57,996 bases of DNA from Candidatus Tagabacteria bacterium CG_4_10_14_0_2_um_filter_40_13 (GCA_002792165.1 PFNV01000040.1:1-57996), one strand, 5' to 3'. Counted from the stretch's first letter, positions 43,042 through 52,291 are shown. The notes: generated by a model from the sequence alone, not told the origin. Program-made: numbers and translations.

Positions 43042-44172
43042 CTATGATGAATGTTCCAAAGCCAGGCTTAAAAGTTCACGGGCGATTTTACGGGCAGCTT
43101 TTGGCTGAGCGAAATTCTTAGCTGCTTCTTTCATTGATTCCCTTCTTTTTTTGTCTTCCAGTAATCTTTTGATTTCGGACAATAAAATATTGGGCGTTAG
43201 ATTGCTTTCTTCAATCACTTCCGCCGCGCCTGCCCTCGCATAACTATAGGCATTTTCTCTCTGATGATCCTGCGCTGAATTTGTGATAGGGATAATGATG
43301 CTCGGAATGCCCCAGGCGGCAATTTCAAAAATGGAACTCGCTCCGGCTCGGGAAACAATCACGCTGGCAACGCTGGAAACATTGCGTAACATATTTTCGT
43401 CAAGATAATTTAAAACATGATAGCGAAATTTAAAAGAAGATTTTTCGAGAGCGACGGATAACCGACCATTGACTTCTTCAATATTATTTTTACCGCATTG
43501 ATGAATGACATTGGCGAATTTTACAATTTCAGGAGCTATATCAATAATATTATCATTAATATTTTTTGAGCCCTGGGAACCGCCATAAATAAATATAACC
43601 GGTATATCTTTTTCAAGCTGAAAAATTTCTTTCGCTTCTTCTTGCGTTGATCCTAACACTCCTCGTCTTATGGGATTTCCTGTAAGCGCTGTTTTTGCGG
43701 CTGGGAAATATTTTACGCTTTCCGGAAAAGAAATCGCGATTCTTTTGGCAAATTTGGCGGCCCATTGGTTGACACGCCCGGGCACCACATCCGATTCGTG
43801 TATTATAACGGGAATCCCCAAAATACGGGCCGCAAACATGGCAGGAAAACTTGCGTAGCCGCCTTTACCGAAAACAACATCGGGAAAATCATGATACATA
43901 ATCCAAAATGCCCGCCAAAGACCGCCTATTGTTTTAAAAATATCCGTTACATTAAGCAACGAAAAATAACGACGCATTTTACCGGTTCCAACTTTTATGA
44001 AACGCACATCTTGTTTTATTAAAAGGTCGTTATCATAAGGGGAATCAGACATAAAGATAAATTCAATTCCTACCAGCCTTTCTTCTTCTATTAAGACGCG
44101 CAAGGCTTCGATGATAGAAATTATGGGCGCGAAATGGCCGCCCGTTCCTCCTCCTGTAAATAAAATCTTCAT
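43042..44172 (-). CDS. murG: undecaprenyldiphospho-muramoylpentapeptide beta-N-acetylglucosaminyltransferase
   Basis: GGTGGHFAP N-terminus and a GT28 C-terminal domain. Follows ftsW. Confidence 0.9.
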   Translation of the reverse strand: MKILFTGGGTGGHFAPIISIIEALRVLIEEERLVGIEFIFMSDSPYDNDLLIKQDVRFIKVGTGKMRRYFSLLNVTDIFKTIGGLWRAFWIMYHDFPDVVFGKGGYASFPAMFAARILGIPVIIHESDVVPGRVNQWAAKFAKRIAISFPESVKYFPAAKTALTGNPIRRGVLGSTQEEAKEIFQLEKDIPVIFIYGGSQGSKNINDNIIDIAPEIVKFANVIHQCGKNNIEEVNGRLSVALEKSSFKFRYHVLNYLDENMLRNVSSVASVIVSRAGASSIFEIAAWGIPSIIIPITNSAQDHQRENAYSYARAGAAEVIEESNLTPNILLSEIKRLLEDKKRRESMKEAAKNFAQPKAARKIARELLSLALEHSS

Positions 44173-44183
44173 ATTTATTTAAA

Positions 44184-45284
44184 TTATTTGATTTGCTGGT
44201 ATTTTGATATATTTAATAATACTCCCACTTCCGCCAAAGTTAGAGCAAGCGCAGAACCGCCTTGGCTGATAAAAAGAAGCGGTAAGCCCGTAAGCGGAAA
44301 AACACCGGTCATAGCAGCCATATTCATAAACGATTGAGATATAATCAGTATAGCAATTCCCGAGCCTAAAAGTCTACCAAAATTATCAGGCGCCCTGGAA
44401 GCTACAAGCAGCCCTCTGTATAAAAACAGCAAAAATAGACCGATAAGCCCCGATGTTCCCAAAAAACCGAATTCTTCGCCTATAACCGCAAAGATTGAAT
44501 CTCCCGTCGGTTCGGGCAGATAATTAAATTTTTGGATGCTCATTCCGAAACCTTTTCCGAAAAGTCCGCCCGAACCGAAAGCGATAAGGGATTGATTCAG
44601 CTGATAACTGATGCCTTGAGGATCATGCTCCGGATTTAAAAAAACAGTGATACGGTTTTTAAGATATGAGTTTGGATATAATAAAACAACGGCAACCAAT
44701 AATATCGCCCCTATGAAAGCTATAGCCGCAATTTGTTTGAATCTTCCGCCGGCAATATAAAAGAGAGAAAGCGAAGTAAAAGCTATTACTAAAAGCGTGC
44801 TAATATTCGGTTCCATAACCAAAAGGACGCCGACAAAAGCAATCATTATCAGAAACGGAAAAAGTCCGAATTTAAAAGAGGAAACTTCTTCTTTGCGGGA
44901 AGCCAGCCACGCCGAAAAATAAATGAGAAATCCGAATTTTAAAAATTCCGAAGGCTGTAAAGTTAAAATTCCCAAGCTGATCCAGCGCCTCGCTCCTCCG
45001 TGCTCAATACCGATAGGAAAGAATACCAGAATGGTCAAGAAAAAAGTAAGCAAAAAAAGAGGAAGGGAAATTTTTTTCCAGAACTGATACGGAATACGGC
45101 TGGCAATAAAAAGAAGCGTTCCCCCGCCGACTAATCCAATAATAATTTGGCGCAGAAGAGCGTTCCAAAAAGTTTCGGCTTTTTGCGCAGTCGGTCCCAA
45201 AAATGCCGAAGCAAGCATAAAAAAACCGAATAAAACCAAAATACCCGCAATTACCAGAAGAACTCTGTCAAAATGACCCTTCAT
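44184..45284 (-). CDS. ftsW: SEDS-family peptidoglycan polymerase (FtsW by dcw position)
   Basis: 10-TM SEDS ORF (..GGARRWI, EF.K, LPEP.TDSIFA.IGEE.G blocks). ATG 45284 preferred. Confidence 0.85.
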   Translation of the reverse strand: MKGHFDRVLLVIAGILVLFGFFMLASAFLGPTAQKAETFWNALLRQIIIGLVGGGTLLFIASRIPYQFWKKISLPLFLLTFFLTILVFFPIGIEHGGARRWISLGILTLQPSEFLKFGFLIYFSAWLASRKEEVSSFKFGLFPFLIMIAFVGVLLVMEPNISTLLVIAFTSLSLFYIAGGRFKQIAAIAFIGAILLVAVVLLYPNSYLKNRITVFLNPEHDPQGISYQLNQSLIAFGSGGLFGKGFGMSIQKFNYLPEPTGDSIFAVIGEEFGFLGTSGLIGLFLLFLYRGLLVASRAPDNFGRLLGSGIAILIISQSFMNMAAMTGVFPLTGLPLLFISQGGSALALTLAEVGVLLNISKYQQIK

Positions 45285-45328
45285 AAATATTTGCAAAATA
45301 CGGTATTTAACGCCGCATTATAATTGCG

Positions 45329-46909
45329 CTAAACATGATGGCGCAGCGCGCGCCCATACCCCGCACCCGTCAAAGAATTTTCTTTTAACGCGATGTTTCC
45401 ATTTACTAAAACATAATCTATTCCCGTCGAAAATTGGTAAGGGTCGACGTAATTTGCTTTGTCGGCGATATTTTTCGGGTCAAAAATTACGATATCCGCA
45501 TAAGCGCCGGGCGCAATAATGCCGCGGTCGGAAAGACCCGTAATTTTAGCCGGCAAACCGGTCATTTTATAAATAGCTTCTTCCCATTTCAAAATCTCTT
45601 TATTTCTAACGAGCGTGGAAAAAACGCGGGGAAATGCGCCAAAAGAACGAGGATGCGGTAAATCTATTTTTGAACGATAATTTATGTCATATCCTACCCC
45701 ATCCGAAGAAACCATGCTGTATTTTTTTCCCGCTAAAAGCTCGATATTATCTTCGGAAATTGCTTCATTGAAAATAGAAACCTGAAGCTTGTTTACTTGC
45801 AACAAATTCAAAATAATTTCTTCGGGCGAAAGTTCCGCCCGCTTGCTTAATTCCGCAATGCTTTTGCCCATTCCGTCCAAATCGCGAAGCGTCGAAGCGA
45901 TAGTAATTTTATCGTAATGCAAAGTGAGTTCTTTGAGCGAATCCAAAAGATATTGTCGTTCCTTTCCGGTAATAAAATCCAAGATACGTTTTTTCCCCGA
46001 TTCCCTCGCCCACTTAGGCAAAAGAGAATATAAATTTGAACCCGTCCTATTATAAGGGAAGAAATCGCAGGTAAATTCCATTTTTTGTCTTTGGGCTTCC
46101 TCTATCATTTCCAGCGCTTGAGGAAATTGTTCCCATGCCATTTTTCCGATCGCCTTAAAATGAGCAATATGGGAATGAACGTCGGAAGCTCTGGTAAGAG
46201 TTATCAATCGGGCAATCGCAGGAAGAATATTTTTCCCTTCGTCTTCCAAATGATGACTGACGAGTACGTTAAAATGTTTTGCGACTTTCATGATTTCGAT
46301 AATTTCTTCATTGGTTGCCGAATTTTCGTGGGCCGTTCCCAGATTTGTTGAAATACCAAAAGCGCCATCTTGGATAGCGCTTTCCGCCAAAAACCGCAGT
46401 TGAGATATTTCATTCGGCTGGGCAGACCTGGTTTGATCGCCCAAAACACCGCGGCGGAGCGTGCCATAGCCTACAAAAGTACCGAAATTTACGCCAATTT
46501 TATGCTGGTCCAACTCGGAGAGAAATTCGGCCATACTTTGCCAATTAATATTGATTTTCGATATATCCACCCATTTTTGTATCGCTTCTATATTTTCCGC
46601 CTTCACTAAAGGAGCGAGAGAAGAACCTCCGTGTCCGCCAAAAATAGTCGTAACTCCCTGACGGATAAAACTCTCCTGTGCCAATTGAGAGAAAAGAGTC
46701 CAATGCGTATCGGAATGCGTCGTAAGGTCAACAAAACCAGGTGCGACAAATCTGTTTGCGGCGTCAATGATAATCGGAGCAGTATCATTTTTAAAATTAT
46801 CTATCTTTTTTATTTTGTCTTCGATAATGCCAATATCCGCTCGCTTTGGAGAACCGCCGGTTCCATCAAAAATAATTCCGTTTTTTATAATAGTCGAATA
46901 AGAAGCCAT
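45329..46909 (-). CDS. N-acyl-D-amino-acid deacylase (D-aminoacylase) family amidohydrolase
   Basis: IKNG.IFDGTG....ADIGI.D.KI, APGFVDL.THSD, QGVTT, SHHLEDEG, HIAHFK, SSDG and HPRSFGAFPRVF blocks. Confidence 0.75.
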   Translation of the reverse strand: MASYSTIIKNGIIFDGTGGSPKRADIGIIEDKIKKIDNFKNDTAPIIIDAANRFVAPGFVDLTTHSDTHWTLFSQLAQESFIRQGVTTIFGGHGGSSLAPLVKAENIEAIQKWVDISKININWQSMAEFLSELDQHKIGVNFGTFVGYGTLRRGVLGDQTRSAQPNEISQLRFLAESAIQDGAFGISTNLGTAHENSATNEEIIEIMKVAKHFNVLVSHHLEDEGKNILPAIARLITLTRASDVHSHIAHFKAIGKMAWEQFPQALEMIEEAQRQKMEFTCDFFPYNRTGSNLYSLLPKWARESGKKRILDFITGKERQYLLDSLKELTLHYDKITIASTLRDLDGMGKSIAELSKRAELSPEEIILNLLQVNKLQVSIFNEAISEDNIELLAGKKYSMVSSDGVGYDINYRSKIDLPHPRSFGAFPRVFSTLVRNKEILKWEEAIYKMTGLPAKITGLSDRGIIAPGAYADIVIFDPKNIADKANYVDPYQFSTGIDYVLVNGNIALKENSLTGAGYGRALRHHV

Positions 46910-46913
46910 ATTG

Positions 46914-47969
46914 TTATTTTCCTAGTAATGCTATCACCATGCCTATTATAGCAAAAATAACCGAGATAACCCAAAAACGCATGGTAACCTTGTATGCGGG
47001 CCATCCTTTAGCCTCAAAATGGTGATGAATCGGTGAAACCAAAAAGATTTTCCGCCGCAAAAATTTTTTTGAAAGCAATTGAATGATTATTGAAAAAGAT
47101 GTAATAACAAGCGGAAAAGCAATAATAGGTAAAATGAGAACTGTATTAGTAAGAAACGCGACGACGGTAAGAGTAGTGGTAAGGCCGAACATGCCCGTTT
47201 CTCCCATATAAAATCTTGCGGGAGGAATATTAAACCAGAGAAATGCCAAAATAGTTCCCGCTATTGCGGCGCAAAAGGTCGCTATATCTATCTGGTTTTG
47301 GGAAAAAGCTATGCCGCTGTAAGCGGAAAAAATTGCGGCCATTACTCCTCCGGCAAGGCCGTCCAAGCCATCAATGGCGCTTCCGGAAAAAGTCGCGAGC
47401 ATCGTTAGAATAAAAAACGGGATAAATAAAAGACCAAGATGGAAATCGCCGAGAAAAGGGATAAAGATATCGGTTTTTTCCAATTTAAAATAAAACCAGA
47501 GAGCGCCGACGGACGCGATAAGAATAATGAGTAAAAGTCGCCGGGAAAAACGGACGCCGCCGGCCACATACTTCCCTTTTCCGAAAACTTGAAAAATATC
47601 ATCCGCCAAACCAACCAGCGACGCGGCAATAAGCGTAAAAAGAGGAAGCCATGTTTGCGAACGGCTCAAAAAATTAAGTTTTTTGAAAAGCGGAGTTGGA
47701 AAAAATATGCTTAAAAACCACAAAATAAAAATCAGGCATAAAGGAATAATCCAAATCAAAATACCGCCCATGCGTGGAACTTTTGTCTCGCGTTCTCTAT
47801 GTAATGATGCGAATATCGGCGTGGCCGAGCCATCGGGCGCAACGGTTCTTACATCTTTTCTCCAAACTTTGTATTTATATAAAAAATGGGTCAAAAGAGG
47901 CGTAAGTAAAATACCGATAAAAAATGAAATAACCGCTAAACCGAATATTTTTAAAACATTTAATACCAT
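46914..47969 (-). CDS. mraY: phospho-N-acetylmuramoyl-pentapeptide transferase
   Basis: 10-TM ORF with PRMGG, GLADD, DGLDGLA and PIHHHFE blocks. Confidence 0.9.
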   Translation of the reverse strand: MVLNVLKIFGLAVISFFIGILLTPLLTHFLYKYKVWRKDVRTVAPDGSATPIFASLHRERETKVPRMGGILIWIIPLCLIFILWFLSIFFPTPLFKKLNFLSRSQTWLPLFTLIAASLVGLADDIFQVFGKGKYVAGGVRFSRRLLLIILIASVGALWFYFKLEKTDIFIPFLGDFHLGLLFIPFFILTMLATFSGSAIDGLDGLAGGVMAAIFSAYSGIAFSQNQIDIATFCAAIAGTILAFLWFNIPPARFYMGETGMFGLTTTLTVVAFLTNTVLILPIIAFPLVITSFSIIIQLLSKKFLRRKIFLVSPIHHHFEAKGWPAYKVTMRFWVISVIFAIIGMVIALLGK

Positions 47970-47972
47970 AAA

Positions 47973-48914
47973 TTAATTTTCCGTTTCGGCTACGGCCGCA
48001 TTAAAAAGATTTTTAATATCGTTAAATCTTCCATCAATAGTGGAACCTAAAACTACAATCACAAAAGGACGATTGAAACCGTTATCCACTACAACCGCAA
48101 GATTACTGCCGGCCAAATCGCTAAAACCGGTTTTTCCGGCAATAAAACCGGGTAAATCTTCTATAACCCGGTTGGTATTTTGAAATTCCCAACCGTGAAG
48201 ATTGATTGATTCTAGCCGAGTAGCCTCCATTAAAGAAGAATCTTTTTTCGCGATATATAAAAGTAATTTGGCGATATCTTTAGCCGAACCATAGGCACCG
48301 GAGGTATTTTTCGATAAATCAAGTCCTGTTGCATTCAAAAAATAAGTTTGAGTCAAACCGATTTCTTTCGCTTTCCGGCTCATTAAAGAAACAAAATCTC
48401 CATTAAAATTATTGTCAAACTCCTCAGCAAAAGCAAAAGCGGCATCATTTGAAGAAGATATAAGCATCGCGTCTATTAATTCAGAAATAATCCATTGTTC
48501 CCCTACTTTAAATCCCGCATCGCCTTCTTGTAAAACTGCTTCTTTTGATATCGTTATAAGAAGATAAGGAGGCAAATTTTCTTTTGCGATAAGCGCAGTC
48601 ATGATTTTAGCAAGGCTCGCAAGCGGCAATTGCATTTCGGAATTTAATTCAAAAACGCTTTGATTATTTGAGGCGTCAAAAACATAGGCGGCTTTGGCTT
48701 CCAATCGTATATTTTCAAAAGGAGAGATTTTCGGGATTTGCGCTTCTTGTTTCTGAGTAAAGGGATTTTTTACTTCAAACTCGAGGGCCGTCAGTTTTTG
48801 CCTTCCGGGAAACAGATTGCGGTTTTGAAGAGGGTGGAAATAGAAAAAAACCCAGCCAAGAAAGCCAAAAAAAATGACAATCAAGAAATATTGAATGCTA
48901 TTTTGCCATTTCAT
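47973..48914 (-). CDS. D-alanyl-D-alanine carboxypeptidase (S11, PBP5-like)
   Basis: SxxK (ASLAKIMT), SxN (SSSND) and KTG (GKTGFS) motifs. N-terminal anchor. Confidence 0.8.
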   Translation of the reverse strand: MKWQNSIQYFLIVIFFGFLGWVFFYFHPLQNRNLFPGRQKLTALEFEVKNPFTQKQEAQIPKISPFENIRLEAKAAYVFDASNNQSVFELNSEMQLPLASLAKIMTALIAKENLPPYLLITISKEAVLQEGDAGFKVGEQWIISELIDAMLISSSNDAAFAFAEEFDNNFNGDFVSLMSRKAKEIGLTQTYFLNATGLDLSKNTSGAYGSAKDIAKLLLYIAKKDSSLMEATRLESINLHGWEFQNTNRVIEDLPGFIAGKTGFSDLAGSNLAVVVDNGFNRPFVIVVLGSTIDGRFNDIKNLFNAAVAETEN

Positions 48915-49503
48915 TTTTTATTTCTTCTTTTATTTCTTGAACGGCCGCCGGCTGTATTTCTGAACCGGTTTCTTCTTCCGAATTTTCTATAAATTGTTCG
49001 ACTATTTTGCTGAAATTTTCATATTCAGGCAATTTTTTGACATCCGTGACGCCTAAAAATTGCAGAAAACGGAAAGAAGGGCTGTATAAATAACTGCGGC
49101 CGTCTTTTGGATTTGTTTTCCGTTCCACTAGACCTCTTACCAAAAGATTGCGGAGAGAAAAACTGGAATTGACGCCGCGGATGTAGTCGATATCGGCTCG
49201 GCTTATCGGACTGCGATAAATTACTGTCGCTAAAATTTCAAGTCCGGCTCTTCCTATGTCTTTGTTGAATTCTTCTTTACTGATATCTTCGCAGATTTTG
49301 GTTGCTTCGGGAGCAGTGGAAAGCATCGCTTCATTGCCTTTTTTAATCAATTTTATTCCGCGATGCTCCAAATTTTTGTCCAAAACTTCAAAGGCTTCGT
49401 TTATTTGTTTTTCCGACTTATTCAAAATTTCCGCCAACCGTTTTATTTTTATCGGCTCCCCTTCCAAAAAAAGGATTGCTTCAATATAAGAACTTAATTC
49501 CAT
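48898..49503 (-). CDS. scpB: segregation and condensation protein B
   Basis: IEAILFLEGEP, and LEILATVIYRSPISRADIDYIRGV.S wHTH blocks. Confidence 0.85.
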   Translation of the reverse strand: MELSSYIEAILFLEGEPIKIKRLAEILNKSEKQINEAFEVLDKNLEHRGIKLIKKGNEAMLSTAPEATKICEDISKEEFNKDIGRAGLEILATVIYRSPISRADIDYIRGVNSSFSLRNLLVRGLVERKTNPKDGRSYLYSPSFRFLQFLGVTDVKKLPEYENFSKIVEQFIENSEEETGSEIQPAAVQEIKEEIKNEMAK

Positions 49504-49506
49504 AAA

Positions 49507-50241
49507 TTATATGTTCTTTTTTATTTTAATATTTTGGAAAACTGTAGTTTGTTCAACTATAACAAAACCTCGTTTTATCAGTTCTAAAATTGCCAAAAAA
49601 CTTACTATAATTTCGATTTTCTTCGGCCCAAGGCCGACCAGCCTCGGGTTGGCCTTTCCATCCAAACCGGAAATATCCGCAAATGACATTTCGATCTGTT
49701 GTTGCAATCTGCTGATTATATCCGTTATTTTTTTCTCAAGGCTTATTGTTTTTTTAACAAGTGCTTTCGGTAAAATTTCTTTTTGAGGCAGATTAGCGAT
49801 AATCTGCCTCATTGCCTCAAAAATTTTTTCCTTTGTCACTCCTTTTGGTTCGAGAAATTCGAAATTTAATCCCAGAAACGCTTCCCGCCCGAACATAATA
49901 TTTTTCCCGAAACATTTTCCGAGTTCGATGGCAAAATTTCTGATATGAGCATAAAGCTGCAAACGGCGCTCCAAATCCTTGATATCTCCCGCTTCTTCTT
50001 CGGAAAACTGGAAAGTGGAAATAAGTGACGCGGATTTTATCAGAAGAAGTGTTGAAGCAATTGCTATAAAACTGCTTACTTCCCCCAGCGGAAATCCTTC
50101 AAGCGTTTTCAAATAATCGACATATTGGTCTGTAACATCCGCCAAAGAAACATCGCTGATGGAAAGCTTGCGTTTTTCTATCAATTCCAAAAGCATCCCC
50201 AATGGCCCCTCAAATTTCTCAAGTTTTATTTGGTAGGTCAT
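49507..50241 (-). CDS. scpA: segregation and condensation protein A
   Basis: FEGPLGMLLELIEKRKL.I.DVSLA.VTDQY block. Confidence 0.85.
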   Translation of the reverse strand: MTYQIKLEKFEGPLGMLLELIEKRKLSISDVSLADVTDQYVDYLKTLEGFPLGEVSSFIAIASTLLLIKSASLISTFQFSEEEAGDIKDLERRLQLYAHIRNFAIELGKCFGKNIMFGREAFLGLNFEFLEPKGVTKEKIFEAMRQIIANLPQKEILPKALVKKTISLEKKITDIISRLQQQIEMSFADISGLDGKANPRLVGLGPKKIEIIVSFLAILELIKRGFVIVEQTTVFQNIKIKKNI

Positions 50242-50305
50242 ATATTTAAATAATATTTAGACAAATTCTACGACCGTAGAAATAGTCTAAAGTCTCAATT
50301 TTGAT

Positions 50306-50494
50306 TTATTTCTTTTGGGGCGATTGCGGCAAAGCATAGAACTGTCCGGAACGCAAACGCGAAGGCACAACATAATCCCTGGCGCCTTCCGGCGTTGATT
50401 TGGTAAGAATGGGAGTTTCAATTTCAAATCTTGACATTTTCGCCTTCATAATCCGGCGTTTTTTCGATAAAAATCCGCTCCATATTCTTTGATT
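50306..50494 (-). pseudogene. aspartyl-tRNA synthetase fragment (about 60 codons covering the motif-1 region only)
   Basis: The open frame reads ..[41 protein letters not shown]. It matches the conserved AspRS block ..EiETP.[11 protein letters not shown]..VPSR...g.FYALPQSPQ and then stops. There is no OB-fold N-terminus and no catalytic remainder. Confidence 0.7.
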
Positions 50495-50523
50495 TTAATA
50501 TATTAACCTTAAATTGACAAATG

Positions 50524-50547
50524 AAAAGCCCCGATAGCGGGGCTTTT
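50524..50547 (-). terminator. rho-independent terminator after the CDF gene
   Basis: AAAAGCCCCG-atag-CGGGGCTTTT, a 10-bp stem with flanking A/T runs (bidirectional shape). Confidence 0.75.
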
Positions 50548-50557
50548 AAATTTGCGA

Positions 50558-51424
50558 TTAGTATGGTTCGGGATGAACCGTAATATCTTTAATTTCCGGA
50601 ATTTGTTTTTGGATTTTTCCGGAAACTTCATGGCAAATTTCATGCGCTGTTTTAAGAGAGAGATTCGGGGCGACTATAATATGAATATCCAGAAAAATAT
50701 GGTCTTCGTTACCCCTGCTTCTTATTTGATGGCACGTGATAACTTTACCGACTGACTCGGCAATTTTCTTTATTTGGTCTTTGTTTACATTTGTTTTATC
50801 CGATAAAACAGAGGATGTTTCTTTAAATATCTCAAAAGCCAATTTCATAATAAACACAACGACAACGGAAGCGATAATAGGATCAATTATTGGCGGTAAT
50901 CCTACTTCAACCAATATTGCCCCCAAAATTACGGCACTAGTCGTAATATAGTGGGATTTTGTATGCAAGGCATCCACTTTCAGGATAATGCTTTTAAGTT
51001 CTATTCCCTTTTTAAATTCATATCTTGCGACCACAATATCTATTATCAGGCAACTTACAAGAATTCCCATTGAAAGCGGAAACCAATTTGCGCCGGAAAA
51101 AATTGTCTCTGGCGCGGAAAGTTTTCCGATAATATTTCGGATAATCTCATAGGCCGCAATTACCAAAAAAACCAGAATAACTTGGGAAGCAATGGCTTCA
51201 TATTTTCTATGGCCGTAAGGATGATCTTCGTCAGCGGGTTTTTCGGCAATTTTGATGCCGAAAATCCCCACGATATTGGTTGCGCCGTCAAAAAGAGAAT
51301 GTATGCCGTCGCTTAGAACACATAATGTGCCCGTTAAAAGACCCAGTATAATTTTAGAAAACGCTACGAGCCAGTTTAAAAACAGAATTATCAAAAGAAC
51401 CCTTCTAATTTTCCTGAAATTCAC
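50558..51424 (-). CDS. cation diffusion facilitator (CzcD/FieF-type) metal efflux transporter
   Basis: 6-TM N-domain with DG.HSL.D and H.Y.H-type blocks, plus a C-terminal cytoplasmic domain. GTG start with an AAGGAG SD. Confidence 0.85.
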   Translation of the reverse strand: MNFRKIRRVLLIILFLNWLVAFSKIILGLLTGTLCVLSDGIHSLFDGATNIVGIFGIKIAEKPADEDHPYGHRKYEAIASQVILVFLVIAAYEIIRNIIGKLSAPETIFSGANWFPLSMGILVSCLIIDIVVARYEFKKGIELKSIILKVDALHTKSHYITTSAVILGAILVEVGLPPIIDPIIASVVVVFIMKLAFEIFKETSSVLSDKTNVNKDQIKKIAESVGKVITCHQIRSRGNEDHIFLDIHIIVAPNLSLKTAHEICHEVSGKIQKQIPEIKDITVHPEPY

Positions 51425-51502
51425 TTAAATCTCCTTTTTGATTCATGTTTTCAAAATGCGTTATTTTTGGTCAATATAGCGTTCTTGGCCAAAAAGTCAA
51501 GG

Positions 51503-51530
51503 AAAATAAAAAGCCCCTTTTTAAGGGGCT
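51503..51530 (-). terminator. rho-independent terminator between the leader/tRNA-Lys unit and the CDF gene
   Basis: AGCCCCTT-aaa-AAGGGGCT 8-bp stem followed by TTTTTATTTT on the minus strand. Confidence 0.75.
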
Positions 51531-51546
51531 GGATTGGTGAGCCATT

Positions 51547-51621
51547 TTAACGTCTTGCTCGGGACTGGCGTTCCTTGCCGCAGCAGGAACAGTGTGTCGC
51601 ATGCGGAAACATCCACATCAT
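51547..51621 (-). CDS. 24-codon Cys/His-rich micro-ORF candidate (MMWMFPHATHCSCCGKERQSRARR) in a GC-rich leader
   Basis: Perfect 12-nt SD AAAGGAGGTGAT (complement of 51627..51638), with GGAGG 9 nt before the ATG. It could equally be part of a structured RNA. Confidence 0.3.
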   Translation of the reverse strand: MMWMFPHATHCSCCGKERQSRARR

Positions 51622-51650
51622 ATTTCATCACCTCCTTTCCTATAATTCAG

Positions 51651-51724
51651 TCCGCCCACTAGGAATCGAACCTAGAACCTTCTCCTTAAAAGGGAGCTGC
51701 TCTACCAGATTGAGCTATGGGCGG
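51651..51724 (-). tRNA. tRNA-Lys (anticodon TTT)
   Basis: Hand-folded. Acceptor CCGCCCA/TGGGCGG (C1-G72). D arm GCTC-AATCTGGTA-GAGC. Anticodon loop CTTTTAA. T arm CTAGG-TTCGATT-CCTAG. Discriminator A. No encoded CCA. Confidence 0.85.
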
Positions 51725-51729
51725 TTAAA

Positions 51730-52245
51730 TTAGCGTTTTCTCACTATAAAAAATAATGCGACTAATGGCAAGGTTAACCACCAAAAGAATGCTCCGTTTG
51801 AAGCGAATATATTTTGAACAACCGGCGAAAAAGTAAAAAGTTCCTTAGCCGGCAAAAGCTGAAAAATAAAACTCATCAAAAGACCGACTTCCAAAAAACT
51901 CAATAAAAATACCTGCCACCATTGCCTTGTTCCCGAACTGTCGTCTCTAGATAAAACTCTGTTAAAAAGAAAAGTCAATAAAATAATGAGAATCGCAAAA
52001 GTCAAACTTCGGAATAAAAAGACTTCCAAAAGCGGCCGGCCTTTTACGACAAAATCCAAATAGGAAAAATTAGCGAATACCAATCCGGAAACATAAAGGG
52101 AAAATAAAGCGGCGATAAGTTTCTTTTTCCCCGAAGAAATTCCGTAAAAGAATCCCGCGGCGATAAAAAAGAAAATAACCATCAAATCCCAAGTCGGATG
52201 CGTTAATATCCTGGATATGGTTTCCAAATTCGCCGATTGAAGCAT
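51730..52245 (-). CDS. polytopic membrane protein (possibly CvpA-like)
   Basis: 171-aa ORF with 4-5 hydrophobic segments. The family assignment is weak. Confidence 0.45.
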   Translation of the reverse strand: MLQSANLETISRILTHPTWDLMVIFFFIAAGFFYGISSGKKKLIAALFSLYVSGLVFANFSYLDFVVKGRPLLEVFLFRSLTFAILIILLTFLFNRVLSRDDSSGTRQWWQVFLLSFLEVGLLMSFIFQLLPAKELFTFSPVVQNIFASNGAFFWWLTLPLVALFFIVRKR

Positions 52246-52291
52246 TATCTTTATTTTACCTGTTTACTTGTACGATGTCACTGATTAACTG

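Noticed and set aside
51627-51638. The plus strand reads ATCACCTCCTTT(C), identical to the 3' terminus of 16S rRNA. Is it a 16S fragment?
   Set aside because: Only about 13 nt match. The preceding sequence does not resemble the conserved ..GAACCTGCGGCTGG.. helix 45 region. On the minus strand it is simply a strong Shine-Dalgarno sequence.
51531-51650. Possible SRP (4.5S) RNA next to tRNA-Lys, because of GGCAAGGAACGCCAG resembling the helix-8 GGAAGGAAGCAGCC region
   Set aside because: I could not fold a helix 8 with a closed GNRA tetraloop and the symmetric and asymmetric loops on either strand. The similarity is limited to a few nucleotides. It is left as an unclassified leader.
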